Shown piece after piece: positions 38,668 to 48,890 of a stretch of 64,000 bases of DNA. The stretch comes from Methylococcales symbiont of Iophon sp. n. MRB-2018 (GTDB lineage Bacteria; Pseudomonadota; Gammaproteobacteria; Methylococcales; Methylomonadaceae), in contig QPIL01000118.1 of NCBI GenBank assembly GCA_003666325.1, forward strand, positions 2,402-66,401, given 5' to 3'. Each line of letters begins with the position of its first letter. Position 1 is the first letter of the stretch. Position numbers and translations under genes: made by a program. Below the pieces are notes generated by a model. That model had not been told where the DNA came from, did no database searches, and saw only the letters and a list, made by a program, of their open reading frames with translations.

Positions 38668-39686
38668 GCAAAATCGCAGAAAACAAACAAGCTTATTCGC
38701 CGCCTTTTGAAATCACCCCAGCCATTTTAAATCAGGTCAGCTTGATTAGTGAAAAAATTGGTGAGCTATCCCTCCAGAAAAACTGGCTTTCTCCGCAGCT
38801 ACGCAAAAGCAATCAAATAAAAACCATTACCGGAACATTGCAGATTGAAGGCAATACCCTAACCGAAGAACAGGTATCAGCCTTGTTTGATGGTAAAAGA
38901 GTATTAGGCTCATCTCGTGAATTAGCAGAGGTACAGGGTGCGATTGTTGCCTACCAACAGTTAAACCAGCTTGACCCGCTCAGGGTAGAGGATTTACTTA
39001 ATGCGCATACTTTATTAATGGCGGATGTGTTAAAAAACGAAGGGCATTTTAGAAAACAATCCGTAGGCATACATAAGGGCGATAAAGTCATTCATGTTGC
39101 TCCGCCTGCCCATAAGGTATCAGGTTTAATGGCTGATTTATTAACATGGCTTAAAAACAGTGAACATCACCCACTGATTACTAGCTCAGTTTTTCATTAT
39201 GAGTTTGAGTTTATCCACCCGTTTATGGATGGAAATGGTCGCATGGGTCGTTTATGGCAAACCTTGATCTTGTCTCGCTGGAACCCTCTGTTCCAATATT
39301 TGCCACTGGAAAGCGTTGTCCGCGACCATCAGCAATCCTATTATCAAGCATTGGCACAAGCCGACAGTGAAGCCAATGCAACAGTATTTATTGCCTTTAT
39401 GCTGAATGCAATTTTACAAACAATAGAGAAAAACGCCACTGTAAACGCCCCTGCAAACGCCCCTGTAAACGCCCCTGTAAACGCCCCTGTAAATTTGCAA
39501 GAGATGAAAACCATCGAGGCAATACTTGTGTTGGTTTCACAAAACACCCAGATCACACGGCAACAGATGGCAAAACAGCTTGGCAAGGATATACGCACCA
39601 TTGCCAGAGCGATTAAGCAATTGCAGCAGAACAACCAACTAAAACGAGTGGGATCAGATAAAACTGGATATTGGGAACTATTATGA
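38664..39686 (+). CDS. fic: Fic/DOC family protein with C-terminal winged-helix domain
   Basis: Fic motif HPFMDGNGRMGRLW. The start at ATG 38664 (GAGG upstream) is preferred over the 38538 extension. The C-terminus ..ITRQQMAKQLGKDIRTIARAIKQLQ.. is a wHTH. Confidence 0.87.
   Translation: MSKIAENKQAYSPPFEITPAILNQVSLISEKIGELSLQKNWLSPQLRKSNQIKTITGTLQIEGNTLTEEQVSALFDGKRVLGSSRELAEVQGAIVAYQQLNQLDPLRVEDLLNAHTLLMADVLKNEGHFRKQSVGIHKGDKVIHVAPPAHKVSGLMADLLTWLKNSEHHPLITSSVFHYEFEFIHPFMDGNGRMGRLWQTLILSRWNPLFQYLPLESVVRDHQQSYYQALAQADSEANATVFIAFMLNAILQTIEKNATVNAPANAPVNAPVNAPVNLQEMKTIEAILVLVSQNTQITRQQMAKQLGKDIRTIARAIKQLQQNNQLKRVGSDKTGYWELL
39432..39491 (+). repeat. in-frame 12-nt tandem repeat x5 inside fic
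   Basis: aacgcc(a/c)ctg(t/c)a is iterated five times, encoding NATV-NAPA-NAPV-NAPV-NAPV between the Fic core and the wHTH. Confidence 0.9.
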
Positions 39687-39750
39687 ACAAAACCACCAAA
39701 AACAAACAATTCTATATCAACGAACACAAGGTGTTTGCGGAGGTTGAGGT

Positions 39751-41493
39751 ATGAGCATTTTAATTAAATCGATTCGTATTGCAGGGTTTCGAGGTCTTGA
39801 AAATATAGAAGTTGAGCTTGAGAAAACAACGGTATTAACAGGCATGAACAATACGGGTAAAACCTCGTTTTTAAAGGCTATACAACTGGCACTTGGGAGT
39901 CGTCAGTTTATAAGTCAGGATGATTTCTTTATACGGGGTAATGATACTGCAAGTAAGATTATTATTGATGTATTAATAATCCCAACTGGTAAAGACGGCG
40001 AGCGGGTTGAAGCTTTTACCGATGGTTGGGAGAGGCTTTTTACGACTAATAGAATACAAGATGATGGTGTTAACAGTTTTGTTCCTCTTCGGACGATCGT
40101 CTCTTTTGACAAAATTAAAAACAGCTATAAAGCAGAGCAAAGCATCTTAAAAACATGGGGTGACTTTTTGCAAAATAACAAAAACTGGTTTGATTCTGAT
40201 AATGGCATAAAAATAGCATTTAATTTTGACGAACTGCCATTTTTTTATATGGATGCACAACGGGATATTTTAGAAGATACCAAACTTAGAAACTCTTATC
40301 TTGGAAAAATGCTATCAAAAATCGAGTATTCACCTAAGGATATAAAAGAGTTAGAGGAGCAGATAAGCGGTTTGAATGAAAAAGCCGTAAGCAGTAGCGA
40401 TATTTTAACCACTATAAAATCTACGCTAAAAGGTTTGGATTCAGCAATGGGTACAAGCAGTGACGGAATAGAGATAACACCATTCACCAAGAAAATAAGA
40501 GATTTAAACAAGGGATTAACTATCTATTACAGCGATAATCAAGATAGTTTTTCCATGGAATATCACGGAATGGGTACAAGAAGCTGGTCATCACTGCTTA
40601 CTTTAAAGGCCTTTATATCTTTATTAACAACAAATGCAAAAAAAGAAAATTCGGTATTCTATCCAATATTAGCGATTGAAGAGCCAGAAGCACATCTGCA
40701 CCCTAATGCACAGAAAAAATTGTATGGTCAAATTAATAGCATTGCTGGGCAAAAGATCATTTCTACTCACTCACCCTACATTGCTGCAACAGCAGAACTC
40801 AAGCAGATCCGCAGTTTTTATAAAGATACACAAGTGCGTTGTGGAAAAATTGATATTGAAAAATTAAAGTCAGAAGAGCTTAGAAAGATTAATCGACAGG
40901 TTATTAACAGTCGAGGTGAAATCTTTTTTTCAAAGTTGATTGTGTTTTTTGAAGGCGAAACAGAAGAGCAGGCACTCCCTATTTTTGCTGAGGAATATTT
41001 TGCTAAAACACCCGTGGAAATGGGGCTGGATTTTGTGGGTGTGGGAGGATATGGAAATTACCTACCATTTTTACGTTTTGCTAAATCGTTGAATATTCCA
41101 TGGCTTATATTGAGTGATGCTGAATACGATGTTGTTAAAAGTGTAAACAAACAGCTTAATGACAGTGGCGCATCAAATGAAGGTAAATCAATCGTATTTC
41201 TTGATAATGGAAATAACTTTGAGAAACAGCTAATGGCTGATGGCTATTCAGATGAAATTAAACAAGCTATTATTTCATCTGAAAATTATCGCAATGACCA
41301 GCATAGACAAGCAAAACAAGATGAGATAGCAGGGTATGATGGTGCCGAACTCTATAAAATTATTACAGAGAATAAAACCCAATTTGGCCCAGCGATAGCA
41401 GAGCAAATCACAAAAAGTGCACAACCCCTGCCGCTAAAAATTGTAGCGTTGTTTGTTAAAATAAAGTCAATATTGGAGATAAGTGGAGATTGA
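39751..41493 (+). CDS. gajA: OLD-family ATPase/Toprim nuclease (GajA-like)
   Basis: 580 aa. N-terminal ABC-type ATPase (..VLTGMNNTGKTSFL.., ..ILAIEEPEAHLHPNAQ.., ..ISTHSPY..) and C-terminal Toprim (..LIVFFEGETEEQALP.., ..LILSDAEYD..). Confidence 0.82.
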   Translation: MSILIKSIRIAGFRGLENIEVELEKTTVLTGMNNTGKTSFLKAIQLALGSRQFISQDDFFIRGNDTASKIIIDVLIIPTGKDGERVEAFTDGWERLFTTNRIQDDGVNSFVPLRTIVSFDKIKNSYKAEQSILKTWGDFLQNNKNWFDSDNGIKIAFNFDELPFFYMDAQRDILEDTKLRNSYLGKMLSKIEYSPKDIKELEEQISGLNEKAVSSSDILTTIKSTLKGLDSAMGTSSDGIEITPFTKKIRDLNKGLTIYYSDNQDSFSMEYHGMGTRSWSSLLTLKAFISLLTTNAKKENSVFYPILAIEEPEAHLHPNAQKKLYGQINSIAGQKIISTHSPYIAATAELKQIRSFYKDTQVRCGKIDIEKLKSEELRKINRQVINSRGEIFFSKLIVFFEGETEEQALPIFAEEYFAKTPVEMGLDFVGVGGYGNYLPFLRFAKSLNIPWLILSDAEYDVVKSVNKQLNDSGASNEGKSIVFLDNGNNFEKQLMADGYSDEIKQAIISSENYRNDQHRQAKQDEIAGYDGAELYKIITENKTQFGPAIAEQITKSAQPLPLKIVALFVKIKSILEISGD

Positions 41494-41496
41494 ATC

Positions 41497-43362
41497 ATGA
41501 GTTCAGCTATTGAATTATCAAGCAAACAGAAATCCATTGTTGATGCAGATGCTGGTGCTATTTATGTAAAAGCCAGTGCTGGTAGCGGTAAAACCAGAGT
41601 GCTTACAGAAAGAGTCCGCTATTTACTTTCTCAAACAGATAAAAAAATATTAGCTTTAACCTTTACCAATAAAGCAGGTGAGGAGATAAAAGAACGGTTG
41701 GAGGATGTTGAAAATATAAGCGCAAGAACATTTATCGGCACATTTCATAGTTTTTGCCAATCAATATTGGAGATGCGGATTCATCTATTGGGGTACGATG
41801 AAATGCCACATATTTTTGAAAATGAAAGTGACAGGCTTGAACTTATTGAAAAATCCATCCATCAAATCCCCTCTTATTCCGCTACTTACAATAAAAAAAA
41901 CACGAAAGAAAAAAGAAGTTTCAGTTACCGTGCATTGAATTTTATTGCAGGTGTTAAACGACAACTCATTAGTGAAAGTGATATTGAGAATCATACGGAA
42001 GATAAAAACATCGTTTTATTGTATCGCACCTATCAAGATACTCTAAGGGCTCAAAATGCCATTGATTATGATGATTTGTTATTACTTGCTTATAATATTT
42101 TTATAGAATTTCCAAAGGTAGCCGCTTTATATCGTAGAAGTTTTTACGCTATTTGTATTGATGAAGCACAGGACATGAATAATGCTCAATATCAATTTCT
42201 AAAGTATTTAACTAATGGGGAGTTAACTAATGTGATGATGGTTGGTGATCCAAATCAGGCAATCTACCATTTTAATGGTTCATCGTCTGACTATATGAAT
42301 AAAGAGTTTGTTAAGGATTTTTCACCGAAAACTATTGAATTGACTGAAAACTTTCGCTCTTCAAGAGCTGTTTTGCAAGCGGCAAATAAACTTATACCAG
42401 AGATGGAAAATATAGAAGGATTAGTTAAAGAGGGTGTTTTTAAACGGTATAAAGCTGAAAATGAGGAAAAAGAAGCGGAGTGGGTCGTCAGTAAAATCCA
42501 GAAGTTTATATGCTTGAAAAATCATAGTGATATTGAAGGCGATATAACACTTGAAAAAATAGCGGTACTGGCAAGAAATAAATATTTGTTTAAAACTATT
42601 GAGAAAATCCTTAAACAATTAAATATTCCCTATTGTTATAAAATGACCCCAGGTGCTTTACAGTTTGAATCAAAAATAATGCAAATATTTGATCTGGCTT
42701 TAAAGGTTAAATTAAACCAAGATGATGACCTACATTTACAGCGTTTATTAAAACTTCTTTCTTTGAGTACAGATAATAAAATAGATTTACCAACTATTAT
42801 TGAGCGACTTAAAAATGAATCACACAAGAAAATCATTGTCTTGGTAAATTCCCTAAATGAGAGCGGTGATAATTTTTTTAAACAAATGTCAGATTTTAAA
42901 GAACAAATCATGGAAACTGATGACGAAGAAAAAAGGATGCTTTGGGCTGATATTGAGGAACTCTTAAAGCATTGGCAGATATACGCAAAAAATACCGACA
43001 ATAAATCCCTTCATCAATTTAAAAATGCGATGGCTCTTGGAAAAATACATCCTTTATCAGAACACAACGGCTTAACCCTAAGCACCGTGCATACAATGAA
43101 AGGGCAAGAGTTTGAAATTGTTTTTATTATTGGTTTAGACGATGAGACATTTCCTGACTATAGAGCGGTAAAAAGTGGCGGAGTTGATTTAATTCAGGAA
43201 AAAAACAATCTTTATGTTGCATTTACACGCTCAAAAAGATGGCTTTATATTAGTTACCCAAGGGAGCGAACAATGCCTTGGGGAGGTACTAAAACTAGGG
43301 AAATATCAAGGTTCTTGACAGGCTTTGATTGTAAAATAATCAAGGAAAATAAAGGTGAATAG
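41497..43362 (+). CDS. gajB: UvrD/Rep-family SF1 helicase (GajB-like)
   Basis: 621 aa. Motif I ASAGSGKTRVL, II ICIDEAQDMN, III VGDPNQAIY, IV ENFRSS, V/VI LSTVHTMKGQEFEIVF and VAFTRSKRWLYISY. It starts 3 nt after the gajA stop. Confidence 0.82.
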   Translation: MSSAIELSSKQKSIVDADAGAIYVKASAGSGKTRVLTERVRYLLSQTDKKILALTFTNKAGEEIKERLEDVENISARTFIGTFHSFCQSILEMRIHLLGYDEMPHIFENESDRLELIEKSIHQIPSYSATYNKKNTKEKRSFSYRALNFIAGVKRQLISESDIENHTEDKNIVLLYRTYQDTLRAQNAIDYDDLLLLAYNIFIEFPKVAALYRRSFYAICIDEAQDMNNAQYQFLKYLTNGELTNVMMVGDPNQAIYHFNGSSSDYMNKEFVKDFSPKTIELTENFRSSRAVLQAANKLIPEMENIEGLVKEGVFKRYKAENEEKEAEWVVSKIQKFICLKNHSDIEGDITLEKIAVLARNKYLFKTIEKILKQLNIPYCYKMTPGALQFESKIMQIFDLALKVKLNQDDDLHLQRLLKLLSLSTDNKIDLPTIIERLKNESHKKIIVLVNSLNESGDNFFKQMSDFKEQIMETDDEEKRMLWADIEELLKHWQIYAKNTDNKSLHQFKNAMALGKIHPLSEHNGLTLSTVHTMKGQEFEIVFIIGLDDETFPDYRAVKSGGVDLIQEKNNLYVAFTRSKRWLYISYPRERTMPWGGTKTREISRFLTGFDCKIIKENKGE

Positions 43363-43498
43363 CAAAATCACCGATAAAGGGGACGCTACCTTTATTAAGC
43401 TGTGCCACTTCGTTCTGCATCTTTATTTTTCTGGTGATGTAAGGCATTATGTAGCAAAACAATTTTCAACAAAACACAATAGGGTAAAGGAGAAATAA

Positions 43499-44287
43499 AT
43501 GAGTACAATTGCATCATTATGGCGGTATCCAGTTAAATCTATGATGGGAGAAGAATTGCGTTCTACGAAAGTAACTGAAAAAGGCATATATGGAGATCGT
43601 GCATTTGCTTTAGTTGATATGGAAACAGGGAAAATAGTGAGTGCAAAAAACCCCAGAAGGTGGGCAAACATGTTTTCCTTTCGCTCGCGTTATGACGATT
43701 TGGGTAGTTCTAACAATATTCGTATTACGTTACCTGATGGAACAACTGTTAATAGCAATGATGACAGTGCTAATTCCATGCTGTCAAAAGCACTTGGTAA
43801 AGAAGTAAAATTTATCTCACAAGTGCCAGATAACCCACAACTGGAAGAGTATTGGCCAGATATTGCGGAACTTGACAACAGGAATATGGTAACGGATGAG
43901 AACATGCCAAAAGGAACGTTTTATGACTTGGCAATTATTCATTTATTGACCACATCAACACTCAATGAACTCAGTCGTTTATACCCAGAGGGTCGTTTTG
44001 AAGCAAGAAGGTTTCGTCCAAATATTATCGTAAACACAGATCAGGATGGTTTTGTAGAAAGTGGTTGGATTGGAAAAACGGTTGCTATTGGAGATGAGGT
44101 GAAATTAAAAATTACAGACCATTGCCCAAGGTGTGTCATGACTACACTTGAACAAGGTGATCTACCCAAAGATACTAAAATACTCAGAATAGCAGCAGAG
44201 CATAATAAAGCCCATGTTGGTGTGTATGCGGAAGTAATTAAAGGCGGAACTATCAAATGCGCAGATGCAGTGCGTGTAATGGTGTAG
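43499..44287 (+). CDS. MOSC domain-containing protein
   Basis: 262 aa. N-terminal beta-barrel ..LWRYPVKSMMGEEL.. and MOSC core ..FRPNIIV.., with the conserved Cys in ..DHCPRCVMTT... Confidence 0.8.
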   Translation: MSTIASLWRYPVKSMMGEELRSTKVTEKGIYGDRAFALVDMETGKIVSAKNPRRWANMFSFRSRYDDLGSSNNIRITLPDGTTVNSNDDSANSMLSKALGKEVKFISQVPDNPQLEEYWPDIAELDNRNMVTDENMPKGTFYDLAIIHLLTTSTLNELSRLYPEGRFEARRFRPNIIVNTDQDGFVESGWIGKTVAIGDEVKLKITDHCPRCVMTTLEQGDLPKDTKILRIAAEHNKAHVGVYAEVIKGGTIKCADAVRVMV

Positions 44288-44290
44288 CTT

Positions 44291-44478
44291 AACAAAATCA
44301 ACCCAAACACAGGGCAACTAAAACGCTTTCATTCAGAGTTATTTGTTGAATAGGGTATAAGATCCGCTTAAACTCCCTCCGTCATTCCTGCATGTTCTAA
44401 GCAGCAATCCAGATGTTTAAAACTAGATTCCCGATAACAAACTTCGGGAATGACGTGTAGTAACAGAGGTTCCAGTTA
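44291..44478 (-). mobile_element. truncated inverted copy E5 of the composite element (hairpin module only)
   Basis: Reverse complement aligns with 21601..21790. It is cut off at the MOSC gene stop (44287). Confidence 0.85.
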
Positions 44479-44555
44479 CTTTAGTCTTTAGTCTTTAGTC
44501 TTTAGTCTTTAGTCTTTAGTCTTTAGTCTTTAGTCTTTAGTCTTTAGTCTTGAGT
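44479..44555 (-). repeat. heptamer tract T7 ((CTTTAGT)x10 (CTTGAGT)x1 on the + strand)
   Basis: Read directly. It contributes the last codons (..TQD) and the TAA stop of the RND pump gene. Confidence 0.95.
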
Positions 44556-47500
44556 ATTCCCCCTTATAACTTTTTTAAATTGAAAGCGGTAGTCTTCCAG
44601 AATTACACAAAAAGTAGGTATCAAAACCAGGGTCACTAAAGTAGTAAATAAAATACCAAAACCTAAAGATACAGCCATAGGAATTAGAAATTGTGCTTGG
44701 GTGTTTTGTTCAAGAATTAATGGCATTAAGCCAAAAAAGGTGGTGAGAGAGGTTAACAAGATAGCTCTAAAACGACTGCAACCAGCGTTTATTATTGCCT
44801 CTGACACGGTTTGATCTTGTTGCCGCAAATTATTGAAACGGTCGATCAGTACTAGGCTGTCGTTAACGACTACACCCGACAAAGCTAACATACCTAATAT
44901 GCTATTAATGGTTAGATTCATTCCCATGATTACGTGTCCCAGAATGGCACCGACTAAACCGAAGGGGATGACTGACATTACGATAAAAGGCTGTAGATAA
45001 GATGCAAATGGGATGGCTAATAAGGCATAGATAACGACCAACATAAATAAAACACCCATGAGTAGACTGCTAAAGGATTCATCTTGTTCTTTGGCTTCAC
45101 CGATGAAGCTGAAATGAACATCAGGGTAAAGGGATGAAATATCATTTAAGAAATTATTCACTGCATATTTTATGGCGTTGGTATTGCCCTTGGATTTATC
45201 AACATCGGCAGTAATAGTAAAGGCACGGTTTCGATCAATACGGCGGATGACAGATGAGCCTTTAATTGATTTTAATGTGGCAACATCTGCAAACGGTACT
45301 TCTACGCCATCTGGCGTGCGAATCATCATGGTTTCAAGATTGTTGAGCGAATGACGCTCTGATAAGGGATAACGCAACATCACTTTTAATTCTTCGCGGT
45401 TGCGTTGAATACGTTGTACTTCTAGGCCATAAAAAGCTTGTCGAACTTGATATGCCAAATCCGATAAGGTAAGCCCAAGAAACTCCGCTTGTGGTTTTAT
45501 ATTGAGCCTTAATTCTTGTTTACCACCCTCAAAATTATCATTCACATCAAAAACTTCTGCCAAAGTAAGCATACGTTGTTTTATATCATTGGCAAAGTCT
45601 TCCAGTTGTTGCAGGTTATTGGACTGTAATTGAATATCTATAGGGCTACCACCATGACCAATTTCAGCTCTGAAATTTAAGTCTTCGACACCTGGAATGA
45701 TCCCAATTTGTTCTCGCCATTCTTTAACCAAACGACTAACAGGAATATTGGGTATGCGATTTTCTGGCGGTTCCACCTCAAACATCACACGACCTTCTTG
45801 TGGTTGAGGATTACCACTACGATCAGATTGTCCTGTGACTGAGTACACAGCTTTAATAATACTTTTGCCATCAACTTCATTGATATACCGTTGTTGCAGA
45901 ACATGAGCAGCATCAGCAATTTGTCGGGTATAACGGTCAGTTAGTAGATAAGGGGTGCCGACAGGCATTGTTAATTTTGCTCTAGCCACTTCACTTTCTA
46001 TTCTAGGAAAAAAGGTGTAACCAATGTGTCCGCCTGCAACTAGGCTTAAAATAATCATACCTCCAGCTATAAAAATAGAGGCAGTTAAATAGCGTTGCTG
46101 GACTACCTTAACCATAAAGGGTTGATAATATTTTGTGATAATATTTTGTAAAAAATCACTACAGACATCTTGTATTCTTTCTAAGCAGTTATTGTTTGAG
46201 GTTTTTATTATAGGTTTACAATGTTTTAAATGGGCAGGGAGTACTAATTTAGTTTCTATTAGAGAAAATAGCAGGGCAGGGATGACGACTAAAGCGATAT
46301 AAGCAAACATTTGTCCTCGCCGTCCATCAATGCTTAGCATAGGTACGAAGGCTGCCACCGTTGTTAATACGCCAAAGGTAACTGGTGTTGCAACTTCCTG
46401 AACCCCAGCAATTGTCGCTTCAACACTATCGCCAATTTTTTGTTGTAAATGATGGTAAATGCTTTCTCCTGTTACTATGGCATCATCGACCACAATGCCC
46501 AACACCATAATAAAGGCAAAAGTCGTGCTTGTATTTAAGGTGACACCTAATAATGGCATGGTGGCGAGCACTCCTAAAAAGCTGACTGGAATACCAATAC
46601 ATACCCATATAGCGACAGATAAGCGTAAAAAAATAGTCAATAAAATAAAGACCAGTATGCCGCCTTGTAGTGCGCTTTTTAATAAGGTGCTAATACGACC
46701 TTCGATGATTTTAGAACGGTCTCGCCAATAGCTGATTTTTATAGTAGGCGGAAAACCTGCCTCAGCTTGTTTAATATAGTGTTTGACTTTATCTGCGATG
46801 GCAATAGCATTTTCATCACCTACACGGGTAATGTCTATCATTACTGCTGATTTACCTTGGTAAACTGAAGCTAGATTACCTTCCATAAAGCCATCAGTAA
46901 TTGTTGCAATATCACTGAGTTTGAGTCGTATACCTTTTTCACCACCGCGAATAATAATTTTTTCAAAATCTTCCTGATGATAAGCCTGTCCACGAGAAGA
47001 TAACAATATATCTCCACCTTTACCTTTAATAGTTCCGGCAGAAACATTGAGTGAACTGCGGTTAATTGCACGGGAAATTTCTTCAAAGGTCAGTCCATAT
47101 CGTTTTAATTGTTGTTCAGACACTTCAATAGCAATTTCATAAGGTCTAACTCCTGTGAGTGCTACTTGAGAAATGCCATTAAGGGCAACAATATCATCAC
47201 GTATTTTTTCACCAATACGGCGTAAATCCCTCTCTGCCATGTCTGCGGATATAACAACACTAATCACATCATAATTGTGCTGTACAATTTTTATATCAGG
47301 ACGTTCAATTTCTTCTGGAAAGCTATTGATGGCATCAATACGTGTTTTTAAATCATCCATAATGTCACGGGTATTGTAGCCGCGTGCGATCTCGACATCG
47401 ACAGTCGAAGTACCCTCCATCGCCGTTGAAACGATTTCTTTTATACCTTGCAGATCATGGATAGCCTCTTCAATCCGTATGACCACATCATGTTCCATTT

Positions 47501-47675
47501 CTTCGGGAGTGGCACCCGGGTTAGCAATACGAATATTGACTACGTCATATTCATACTGTGGCAATATTTCCATAGGAATTTTTGGCAAGGCAAAAAGACC
47601 TGCCAGCACAATAAGCACCATTAATAGATTAGCGGCAACATCATTGTAGGTAAACCAGCGTATTATTGCAGACAT
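44544..47675 (-). CDS. RND efflux transporter, inner-membrane permease
   Basis: 1043 aa with 12-TM AcrB-like topology. The N-terminus MSAIIRWFTYNDVAANLLMVLIVLAG and two large periplasmic loops are present. Confidence 0.92.
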   Translation of the reverse strand: MSAIIRWFTYNDVAANLLMVLIVLAGLFALPKIPMEILPQYEYDVVNIRIANPGATPEEMEHDVVIRIEEAIHDLQGIKEIVSTAMEGTSTVDVEIARGYNTRDIMDDLKTRIDAINSFPEEIERPDIKIVQHNYDVISVVISADMAERDLRRIGEKIRDDIVALNGISQVALTGVRPYEIAIEVSEQQLKRYGLTFEEISRAINRSSLNVSAGTIKGKGGDILLSSRGQAYHQEDFEKIIIRGGEKGIRLKLSDIATITDGFMEGNLASVYQGKSAVMIDITRVGDENAIAIADKVKHYIKQAEAGFPPTIKISYWRDRSKIIEGRISTLLKSALQGGILVFILLTIFLRLSVAIWVCIGIPVSFLGVLATMPLLGVTLNTSTTFAFIMVLGIVVDDAIVTGESIYHHLQQKIGDSVEATIAGVQEVATPVTFGVLTTVAAFVPMLSIDGRRGQMFAYIALVVIPALLFSLIETKLVLPAHLKHCKPIIKTSNNNCLERIQDVCSDFLQNIITKYYQPFMVKVVQQRYLTASIFIAGGMIILSLVAGGHIGYTFFPRIESEVARAKLTMPVGTPYLLTDRYTRQIADAAHVLQQRYINEVDGKSIIKAVYSVTGQSDRSGNPQPQEGRVMFEVEPPENRIPNIPVSRLVKEWREQIGIIPGVEDLNFRAEIGHGGSPIDIQLQSNNLQQLEDFANDIKQRMLTLAEVFDVNDNFEGGKQELRLNIKPQAEFLGLTLSDLAYQVRQAFYGLEVQRIQRNREELKVMLRYPLSERHSLNNLETMMIRTPDGVEVPFADVATLKSIKGSSVIRRIDRNRAFTITADVDKSKGNTNAIKYAVNNFLNDISSLYPDVHFSFIGEAKEQDESFSSLLMGVLFMLVVIYALLAIPFASYLQPFIVMSVIPFGLVGAILGHVIMGMNLTINSILGMLALSGVVVNDSLVLIDRFNNLRQQDQTVSEAIINAGCSRFRAILLTSLTTFFGLMPLILEQNTQAQFLIPMAVSLGFGILFTTLVTLVLIPTFCVILEDYRFQFKKVIRGNTQD

Positions 47676-47690
47676 TCCTAATCGCCTTTT

Positions 47691-48875
47691 TTAGTAGTGA
47701 ATAATGCTTATACCCTGATGTAATGCTTTTACAGATAGGCCATTGACAGCGTATTGAATAGGGGTTATGGAAAGCCATTCACCTTCTTGTAAGCCATTTT
47801 GTATTACTACATAATCAGCATCACGCCAGATAATCTCAACCTGTCGTATAGTGAGTTGGCTTTGTTGGTTGACGATCATCAGCTGATTTGAATCTTTAAT
47901 GGCATTGCGGGGAATAACAAAGACATTTTGTAGCAATTTACCCTTTATATTTGCTTCAACAAATTGACCGACTTTTAGCGCGGGTTTGTTATCGCTAGTT
48001 TTAGCATAAGGGTCATCTACTTGTGCGACTAAAGACAATCTTCTGCTGCGTGTATCGTAGGCACCTTCAGCACGCACGATTCGACCCTGCCATTGATGGA
48101 CTTGCAAACCCATAGTAGCGATAAGCGTTACTTCTGGCATGTTTAGACTTTGTTGATCTTGACCTCGATATAAATCAGGTATATCAATAAACTGTAATTG
48201 CTCGTTACTTAAAGGTAAGCGAATTTCTGCATAATCGACTGCATATATTTTAGCCAATATAGTCCCAGGCGATACAAATTGTCCGACATCAACTTGCTGT
48301 TCTAAAACACGTCCAGCATAGGGTGCTACGATGCGTGTTCTTTGTTGATCAAGTCTCGCTTGTTTTAATAGTGCTTCAGCGGCTGCAAGTGATGCTTTAG
48401 CACTGGCTAATTGGGGCTTTCTCAATACCAGCTCCGAAGGTTGTTGACCTTGACCTAAGCGCTGCCAGTTTTTTGCAGCTTGTCTGGCTTTCGCCTGTTC
48501 TTCTGCTACAGCAAGCTGCATTTGTGCAACTTGGCTTTGGGCAACGGTGATAGCCAAACGATAATTGCTGGGGTCAACTTGCAATAACTGCTGACCTGCC
48601 TCAAAAAAAGCACCTTCTCGAAAAGCAGGGGATATGCTACTAATACGACCAGAAATTTCAGCAATTAAAGTGCTTTCGGTACGTGGAGAAACAGTACCTT
48701 GAGACTTGACCCAAACCTGAAAGTCGTTTTTCTCTAGCTTGATCACTTCGACCGATGTAGCGGTGGGAGCATGTTGTTTATAATGCGGTTTGCTGTCACT
48801 TTTAACTAGAACAATACTAATAATTACAGCCGATATTAAGACCGCAATAGGCAAAATAATTTTAAAACGATTCAC
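47691..48875 (-). CDS. RND efflux periplasmic adaptor (MFP)
   Basis: 394 aa with an N-terminal TM anchor, a coiled-coil hairpin (..AQSQVAQMQLAVAEEQAKAR..) and barrel-sandwich motifs ..IVAPYAGRV... Confidence 0.88.
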   Translation of the reverse strand: MNRFKIILPIAVLISAVIISIVLVKSDSKPHYKQHAPTATSVEVIKLEKNDFQVWVKSQGTVSPRTESTLIAEISGRISSISPAFREGAFFEAGQQLLQVDPSNYRLAITVAQSQVAQMQLAVAEEQAKARQAAKNWQRLGQGQQPSELVLRKPQLASAKASLAAAEALLKQARLDQQRTRIVAPYAGRVLEQQVDVGQFVSPGTILAKIYAVDYAEIRLPLSNEQLQFIDIPDLYRGQDQQSLNMPEVTLIATMGLQVHQWQGRIVRAEGAYDTRSRRLSLVAQVDDPYAKTSDNKPALKVGQFVEANIKGKLLQNVFVIPRNAIKDSNQLMIVNQQSQLTIRQVEIIWRDADYVVIQNGLQEGEWLSITPIQYAVNGLSVKALHQGISIIHY

Positions 48876-48890
48876 GGCAAGAGTCCTGGT

